Positions 55,383-64,000 of a stretch of 64,000 bases of DNA are shown here, piece after piece. The notes below the pieces were generated by a model that did no database searches, was not told the origin of the DNA, and saw only the letters and a list, made by a program, of their open reading frames with translations. The translations under genes were made by a program, and so were the position numbers. Within the stretch, counting starts at the first letter, position 1. Each line of letters starts with the position of its first letter. This DNA comes from the human T2T-CHM13v2.0 reference genome, Homo sapiens. The stretch lies in NCBI RefSeq assembly GCF_009914755.1, contig NC_060937.1. One strand, given 5' to 3'.

Positions 55383-58300
55383 TGCGGGGATGAGGCCCAC
55401 TCTCCCAGGCCGCCACTCCCCTGATGTTCAAAGTGTTAAAAAGCAGATCCTCCAGTGCAGGCTGAGAAAGGTTCATTTCTTAAACAACAAACAAACAAAC
55501 AAACAAACAAAACCACAAAGGACAGAGTGGGCGCCTTGGGGTGGGGGGTGTTGAGATTCTGAAAAGTCAGTCCAAGAAAATGCAGTATTTGTGCCTTTGT
55601 GGTTCTTTAATAAGATACACAAGCAAATAGGCAATTTCCTCGTCAAGTAACATGCAGTAGGATGGTCATCAATCACAAAGAACAAAGACAGCTGTTTTTT
55701 TTTTTTTTTTTTTTTTTTGCTTTTTTGATATTGTTGATAATTTTGTGCAGGCAATGGAGGTCAATAGATTTTTTTTTTCTATTTTGTCATAGTTATTAAT
55801 TTTAGAACAAAATTTACATAATGCCCATTTGTCCTTCCAGTGTAGTCAGGGATTGTCCTGTCTTGGGCGCCCTTCTCCTGCGCCCTTCTCCTGCGTCCTA
55901 AGGCATCTGGTGGGATGCAGAGCTGATCGTGTGCACTGGGACTACAGTCCCTAAGGAGAGAGTCCCCGCTGTGACTCCTGAGACTTTGCCGCACCAGGCA
56001 CACATCTACCCTATTTCTAGCTCTCTGCCCCAGGGCAGCTTCCCAGAGCCTCATCACCAGGCAGCCTCCACCTGGAGAATCTCCCCATCATCTGTTCCTC
56101 ATGGTGGCGTGCCCACAAGTGCCCCCCAAAACACCAAGAGCTGTGAGGATGCCTTCTGATCAGGTGTCTGTGAACATTTATTGAGCATCTGCTGTGGCCA
56201 GGGCCTTGCAGGGATACAGCTGTGAGCACAATAGATACTGTGTCTTTTGGTGTGGGTGGCACAGACATTACTACACTTATAATTAATTACAGTTTTGACA
56301 AAGGTCCTCCATGTGTCATGAAGACTGTGATTCATATTTTTCAGTTGAAGAAACAGGCTTCAGTAATAACGTGATGGAGCCTGCAAAACTGGTAAGTGAA
56401 AGACTGGGATTCATCTTCACGCCCCCTGACTCTGAACACAAGAGCACACCCCCATCCAGTGATTCCTGCCTTCAGCTCCCTCCTCCGTTTCCTGACTCCT
56501 TCTTTTCCGTAATTAGCCTGCATGGTCTAGGTCACACAGGGGAGGTGGCAGCTCTGCAGTGCGCTCCAGGCATGAGTCGCTCACCTTGCAGCCATTTCCT
56601 AGGCTGTCCTCAGGTAGGGAGTGTCCCTTCTGCCCTAGCTCTCCAAATGCTTTCTGGACTTCAGATGCCTTTGGGCACTTGCCTCCTCACCCTGCTTCAG
56701 TTCATTCCCAAAGTACAGAGGGCAGGGGTGAAGGTCACCAGCCACTGTTGCTGCCAGAGTTTCTATCTCCCCTGACTTCCTGTGGCTAATAGTGAGCCAG
56801 CTAGCTTCCTTTCTTTAGGGCATTCAGGACACACATACATGTACATACATGCACAGTCATGCACGCAATACACATGCATGCATACACACACGCTCATGAC
56901 ACATACATGTGCACACATGGTGCACTGGGATTGTCACCCGAGTGATGGAGGTGACCTGGAGGAGGTAGGGGCCAGATCAGCTCTCCTCTCCAGTTGTTAG
57001 TTCCATCTGCTGGTTTCCTCATTCTTCCCCCAGAAGTGTGATCTACAGGGGCTCTTCCAGTAGCGCCTGTCCTGCCCCTGGATGGTAGCTGCTGGGCAGT
57101 CTGCTGTCCTCCATCCTGCAACCCCACCTGGTTCCCCTTCCCCAAGGTGAACAGTGTGTCTTCAGCTATGAAGGAACAAGCTGTGTTCCAAAATCCTGCT
57201 AGTGATGAGTCTGACTTATCCCTCAGTGTTAAGTATGGGGAAGGAAACTAACTAGTATGTAGCATCTACTAAGTGTCAGCTGCTATGGAAAGGAGGTATT
57301 TTTAAAATAATTATTTCATTTAATTTTTCACAGAAAAGATCAATTTCCTTATTAAAAAATAAAAATCTGGCTTTGTCCCCACCTGCCTGCTGGTGGCATG
57401 GACCATTTAGTGATTTGGTTGGGGGGGTTTCTCCCCTCTCCTGGGATCATGCAGGAAGCCCAGGGCCCACACCTTCCATCAGCCAGGGTCAGGACCCTCC
57501 CATGGACCTTCCCACTGTCTGCAGGGCCGGTAGGCAGGCAACTTCTTCTCCTATACTCAAGAGGACCCAGTCTTGGGCTCTCATGAAAAACCCAAATGGT
57601 GTCCCTCTTCCAGTCTCTGAGAAGGCCCCTCTCTACCAGTCTTTACAACAATCAGGAGAGAAACATTTTATGTTTGTCTTATAAATGAAGAAACAGAGAC
57701 ACAGAGAGATTGAGTCACTTGCCAAAGTCACACAGCTCCTAAGGGCTGCAGCTGGGAATGGGGCCCAGATCAGTTAATGGTGACAGATCATAGACTAGGA
57801 AGTTCACAGGCTGGAGGTCGAAAGACTCTAATCTGTTTCACTGTTTACGTGTTCAGTCAGTTCTCTCATTGGCAAAATATTTATCTCAAGGGCATGTTAG
57901 GAGATCAAATGAGAGAATGCCTGTAAAACGGCGTTACAAACTTTATCAAGTGTTACCTCGAGAGGGCATTTCCATTTAGATGTGGTTTTGGGTGAAGACT
58001 TGGCAGCCTTCCACTGCAGTCTGTGCCTGCCTGTCTCCATTCTGATCAAGTCACTTTCACACACGAGCAGCAATCTGGGCTGAGTGCAGGCCACCATAAA
58101 ACCTGGAGAACCCAGCCTCACACTTGGCCTGGGGCCACCAGTCCCAGTGCTGACCTGTGAGGACAGATAGAATGTCCTGAAATCCCCATTTAGAAGTGAC
58201 CTCTGGGCTTTCCCCTATTCTTTCCAATTTCTCCATATTCTTCCCCAGATCCATTTTCCATCTTCTCTGTCCTGACCTGTACAGCTAATGTCAGAGATGG

Positions 58301-58619
58301 GAGGTCAAAGTAGCAGGGAGGGAGTGAGAAGAAATACCTGGCTCTTCCTCTCTCCAATCTCTGCCAGTGCCTTCCATTGGTGAAACCCAAGCAGAAACCT
58401 ACCAGCAAAGGGAGTCCAGCAGGTGCACTCAGCAAAGATGGCTCCCTTTGAAAGTGGTGCTAGGTCAGGTGGATGGGTGAAGATGGGTGAATGGAGATAT
58501 TTGCACCTGCATGCAAATGTCTCCATTCCTTCTATGTGATGCTGCTGATTTGAACAGGCTGGGGCTCCTGGGCTAAGTTTTGATGGGGCTTATGGCAGGG
58601 GGAGAGAGAAAGATGCCCG

Positions 58620-59100
58620 TAGTTCATTAAGCCATTCAGCATACACGTACACACCACCCATCTTGTGCAAGGGGCTGAGAATACTGAACAGAATAAGCTC
58701 CTTGTTCCTATCCTGCCTCACTAGCTCACTATGATTGTGTGAAAGCAATGCAAAAATGCAGGGTACACCAGGGGCTCTGAGAGCACCAAGTGGGGGAGGT
58801 AGCTATTCTAGCCAGTGTGAGGTGACATTTAAACTAATTGAAGCGTGAAGGGTGAATTCTCTAGCAGAAAAGGCAAAGGACCTGCTGACAGGGAAAAGAG
58901 CAGGTTTGAAGGAGCTGGGTATGAAAGAACATGGATGTTCAAGAAGTGACAAGAAGTTCCAAGTGGCTGAGAGGGAATCTGGTGGAGATGGAGAGGAGAT
59001 GTCGGGTCATATTGCCCAGGCCTTGTAAGCCAAGCTGAGGCTCTGAGATGGCACCCAGTGCACGGTGGATATTAGCAGGAATATCCAAGAGACCCAGCTA
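58620..59100 (-). mobile_element. L2 fragment (similar at 34250-34620 and 35650-35997)
   Basis: ttcatt...gaggtgacattt...ggccttgtaagcca antisense L2 motifs. Confidence 0.55.
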
Positions 59101-60645
59101 TGTGCTTTAGGGAGCTACTGTGGGTAGCACAATGCCCCCTACGCCCAGCAGCACAGCCTGCTCTAAGCTGGTGCTCAGAATGGGGCCAGCAGCAAGACCC
59201 AACCCTTGTCCAACCAGCAGACCCCAGCAACGGTCATTTCCCCCTAGACTCTCCCAATGCTTCCTTGTGGCTTCATCTTCCACTAGCCTTTTTGTTTTTT
59301 AATTGCTGCTGTGTTACAAAGCAGCCAAGGGTATAATCCAAAGAGCCTGAAGTGAATAACTATGCAAATAGAGTGGGACGTGATACACTCATTGAGACCT
59401 GTGTACTTGCTGTGCCCTGGGATGGTGCTCAGAATAAACACAACCTTAATTTTTTATTTCTTCCTGCTCCATCTTCTGATGCAAAATATATTTCATTTAA
59501 ATGATCCTTGGGTGAGTGAGGTCACAGGGCTGCTGGCAGGGAGAAGGGATTCTTTTAATTGGCAAAATGCTAATCGTTTCAGAAAATGAATTCCAATCTT
59601 CCCATCTAATACAGTGGATGTGTGAGTAATTACTTTCCTTCACTAAACTGTTAATGCAACATTAGTGATTACACTAATTAAACCTAATGAACTCTTACAG
59701 ACTGATAAACCCCTCAGTCAGTCAGTGGATGCCTTCCTTCCATTGGCTGTGTTTAACTTCCCATTTGGAAGAGAGATCTTGAATTAACCTTTAGAATAAT
59801 GCGCAAAATTGGGTTTAGCAATGTTAGGCTTTATAGGCTGGGGATAATACTTTCTCTAAGCATTAGTGAGGCCATTTCCGCTGAGGGTGTAATTGAATTT
59901 AAAAAACATTCCTTAATTTGATCAGCCACACTCCCATGGTTGGTAATGGCCCTCCAAATCCTGGCTTCTGAAGGGGAAACCTGCCTCTGGAAATACTACA
60001 TGACCCTTTCTCTGGCCTCTGCTCCCTGTGGTCACCAAGCTCACTTAGAGGATTGCTTTTCCTTTCCACTTACTTCCAGGAACAGTGCCATGCATTTTAG
60101 CTGAAAGAGGATTTTGTACCCAATTTTATATGGCAGGCCCTTGCTTCGAGTTTGCTCATGCCCTCATTTGTGAATATTAATTAACTGAAGTTTTTAGTCC
60201 TAGGTGAAGTGGGGAAGGCAGCACTGCTATCGATGCATTTCACACAAAGGGAGAATGAGCAGGTTGAGGTGGAGGGTAGGGTAACATTTCTGGGCAGGCA
60301 TCAGAGTACTGAGGTAAAGTCTAGGTCTGAGCCAAGTTGGGAGTCAGGTCTGCTAGGAGGGGAGAAGAACTGACCGCTCCAGGACTGTGCCCTGCACACA
60401 AAACTCAGAAGGACTCTAGATGCTTCCAAACAGGTAAGAAATAAGTTAAGCCAAGAGAGAAAACAACAGTAAGGCTTTTACCACCTGGGATAGGAACATC
60501 TTAATTAGAAAATGTATCTTATGCTCCTTCTCCTCCATATCAGATTCAGCTCTTGCTACGTAGATGGATGAGATCTTCATGTGGACAGTATGAGCATGTC
60601 TGCAATTTCCTTTAAAATACTTTAGTATACGGAATGTGATATAAA

Positions 60646-60663
60646 TCTATCTGTGTATCTATC

Positions 60664-60713
<50 letters not shown>
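60646..60713. repeat. (TATC)n/(GATA)n tetranucleotide microsatellite, about 12 perfect units
   Basis: Directly visible. Confidence 0.95.
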
Positions 60714-60715
60714 AT

Positions 60716-61000
60716 GTTGAGACAGAGTCTCACTCTGTCACCCAGGCTGGAATGCAGCGACGTGATCTCGGCTCACTGCAACCTCCACCTCCTAGGTTCA
60801 AGTGATTCTCCTGTCTCAGTTTCCTGAGTAGCTGGGACTACAGGCGCCTGCTACCATACCTGGCTAATTTTTGTATTTTTAGTAGGGACGGGGTTTCACC
60901 ATGTTGGCCGGGCTGCTCTTGAAGTCCTGACTTCAAGTGATCTGCCTGCCTCAACTTCACAAAGTGTTGGGATTACAGGCATAAGCCACCACACCCGGCC
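60716..61000 (-). mobile_element. AluS
   Basis: Full Alu body; tail replaced by a microsatellite. Confidence 0.9.
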
Positions 61001-62193
61001 TAAACATATGTATTTTTAAACTATACTCTAGGGCCTGTCAATTCCTGAATCAGGAATTCAAACATCAAGGTAATCACCTAACACTGTATTGGAAAAGTCC
61101 ATACCTGAGCTAATGACTACAATGGCCTCAATTAGTACCCATATTTCAGATTCACGTCAGATGCTGCTAGTTAACACTTCCACAAATGTTTTGGTTGGTG
61201 AAATTAGTAGTTTGTTAATCAGCATAATAGATGCTAGAAATGGGCTCTAGTTGAGGAAATGAGTGGTTTTCAAGCTGTAAAGATTAGTTAAAATAGTGCA
61301 GAGAGATTTCTCACTTTATGAATGGGTCTTGAAAGCTGGTTCCCTAAATATCCTTGTGTCCAGCTGCTAAGTCAGGACTTCTGGTGCTCTGATGCCACTT
61401 CTTAACTGTATTGGAATCTTGCCTCTGAAATACCACTGCATACAAATTTTCTTTACTGGTGATCAAAATTATGCAACTTGAGTGTGGAGAGATTGGTTAG
61501 TACACACAGAAGCCTTGAGTCTTGACCTATCTATGCCATTGTTTAGCTAGAAAAGAGGCTAATAGGCTGTGACTTTGAAAAGATGACAACTTTGTGAACA
61601 AAACTGTTTCAAACCAAGATCTATGGGTGCAAAATAATGAAAAGGGTCCATATAGATGTCTTCATAGACACCGGTCCTATGATCTCAAAAGCCTCCTGAC
61701 CAAGCCGGTCTTCTTATAAACATATTTGCCAGCCACAAGGGAAGGAATAAGTGGATGACACTGAAAAAAAAAATACATCTCAGAGATCCCAGGACCCTTT
61801 GGTTTCCAGATCCTTATCCTTGGCTGACAAGCATTAGCTGATTTATCCATGAATATTTTCCTGCTTGCTGAGTGCCTTCAGGACAGGGACTAATTGTTCG
61901 TGTGTCCTTACTGCTAGTACAGTGCCCGACATGCAATGTATGCTTGCCATATATTCATAGCACAGATCGATGCATTAGTAACAGCTTCCAATATGAAGAT
62001 CACACTGGTTCTGTCCTTTATACCATTCAGGTGTGCCAGCCACTGTCCCACCTGGCATTGTCTGAGACAATCAGCTGCCGTAAGACAGGAATGCTGCCTC
62101 CCTACCTGACTTGTGAAGTAGTTAAGCAGCAGTTAAGATCTGTCTGCACAACTCACTACTTATTTCAACTTGCATTGAAAAATCACTAGTTAT

Positions 62194-62480
62194 GGCCAGG
62201 TGCAGAGGCTCATGTCTGTACTCCTAGCACTTTGGGAGGCTGAGATGGGCGGATCACTTGAGCCCAGGAATTTGAGATCAGCCTGAGCAACATGACCTCG
62301 TCTCTACAAAAAATACAAAAATTAGCCAGGCAGCTGTGGTCCCAGCTACTCAGAGACTGAGGTGGGCGGATCAGGTTAGCCCAGAAGGTTGAGGCTGCAG
62401 TGAGCTGAGATCATGCCACTGCACTCCAGCCTGAGCATGGAGTGAGACCCTGTCTCAAAGAAAAAAAAAAAGAAAAAAAG
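62194..62480 (+). mobile_element. AluJ with small deletions
   Basis: cttgagcccagga, gaggctgcagtgag; TSD aaaatcacta(g/a)tt. Confidence 0.88.
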
Positions 62481-62611
62481 AAAATCACTAATTGGTAGCC
62501 TTTTCTCCTCAACTAGGTTGGAAGTCATTGAGGGCAGAGGTTAAGTTTGCTCAGTGTTTAGTGCAGTGATGGACTTGCTGTGTCTGACATGTAGTAGACT
62601 CTCAATAAATG

Positions 62612-62657
62612 TTGGGTTAGTGCAAAAGTAATTGTGGTCTTTGCCATTACTTTTAAT
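62612..62657. mobile_element. MADE1 (Hsmar1-derived MITE) half-element
   Basis: gggttagtgcaaaagtaattgtggtctttgccattacttttaat matches the MADE1 TIR. Confidence 0.8.
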
Positions 62658-63653
62658 ATATGCTGCTTGAATGAATGAATGAATGAATGATTCATAAACA
62701 GATCCCTGTTTTGGACCACATCAATGGAAAGGCTGTTTGTCTTCAGTCAGAGGCTCTGTCCTCTACCCTTCCATCTCAGGTGCTATAGAAATATGGTGTG
62801 TGTGTGTGTGGCCAAGTGTCCACGGCTGTGAGCTCCTCAGGAAGGTGCCCTGGCAGCTCCTCACCCAGAACCCAACAGTGATGGAACACAGAAGTCACAT
62901 TTGACCCTGACCAAGAGGAGGGTACTGACACGTGCCCAGCTGCCAGTGTGAGAAGTATGATAAAAGCTTTGAAGAAGAAATTTCTCCTGCCAGAGAGGTA
63001 CTTGCTTTGCTTTTGCTTTTTACTGAGATTACTTGATGCTTCAGGCATTCTCTTTTTCAGTAATGAATTGCTTCTCCCAATTTGGGAAGGACAGTCTGCT
63101 GGGTTAACTCAGCAAATCAGTCTGGCCACCTCCCAGATTGCTCTAGGCCAATGTTCCCCTCCTGCACCTTGGCAGGACCCCTGAGCTAAAAAGGAAGTGC
63201 TGTCTCACTTCCTTATCCATTTTCTGTTAACAATCACCAGGAGGTAACTTTAACCCAATCAAAGATTACCATAGCTCCTCCAGCTGTCCCTACCCATGAG
63301 ATGAGGAGCTAAAGGGTTGTACCCACACAGAACCCCAGAGCCCACCCTCTAGACCACACTCTGCATAAGTGCGATGCTGGAATTCCCTACCCAGTGTCTC
63401 TAAGTCAGCTTCCTGCAGCCCGTGCTCTTTCTGGGATCCATCTTCTGGAAGGCAGACCATTAGATGTGAGGTATGGCCAATGGGTGACTATTTCAGGGGT
63501 GGGGGTATAAGCAGAGCTTGAATGTGTGGGCTCGGGTGTTAGCTTGCCTTTGTAAGAGACTCATCAAAGCCCAGGATGAAGCTGGGTTAGGAAGAAAGTG
63601 AGACAGGTTGCTACCTGGGAGCTGCCACCATGTGACTCATTATGAAGGTATAA

Positions 63654-63996
<343 letters not shown>

Positions 63997-64000
63997 TGAG

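Noticed and set aside
55098-55476. Poly-Pro and poly-Thr ORFs, and the Val-rich antisense ORF 54866..55363
   Set aside because: Alternate-frame and antisense shadows of the CAC repeat in a GC-rich exon.
61040-61058. Palindrome aattcctga-a-tcaggaatt
   Set aside because: A 9-bp arm inverted repeat is close to chance expectation in 64 kb and has no supporting context.
62612-62657. MADE1 as a miR-548-type hairpin
   Set aside because: Only one arm is present, so no hairpin can form.

Overview
Repeat-rich mammalian (human-type) genomic DNA. The only host protein-coding sequence I can support is the last coding exon of SIAH3 (minus strand, 54683-55357; RING-less SIAH-family protein with a His-rich tract). 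Its intron runs to the right end of the window and a probably long 3' UTR runs leftward. The rest is intergenic and full of transposable elements: about 17 Alus (one a young AluYb8), MIR/L2 fragments, MaLR and ERV LTRs and DNA-transposon MITEs. The largest is a full-length, frame-disrupted HERV-L provirus (24480-30970, minus; two MLT2A-type LTRs, tRNA-Leu PBS, gag-pro-pol-dUTPase, no env). It integrated into an AluJ that itself sits in a MIR, next to a THE1 LTR. Other notable items: a 7SL RNA pseudogene split by an Alu, a tiny 'tailless' tRNA-Leu retrocopy with target-site duplications, three DUX4-type motifs in co-oriented LTRs, and several LTR-in-LTR nests. I cannot support a genuinely new biological system from sequence alone. 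Most ORF-track entries are spurious. Boundaries and subfamily names of old repeats are by-eye estimates.
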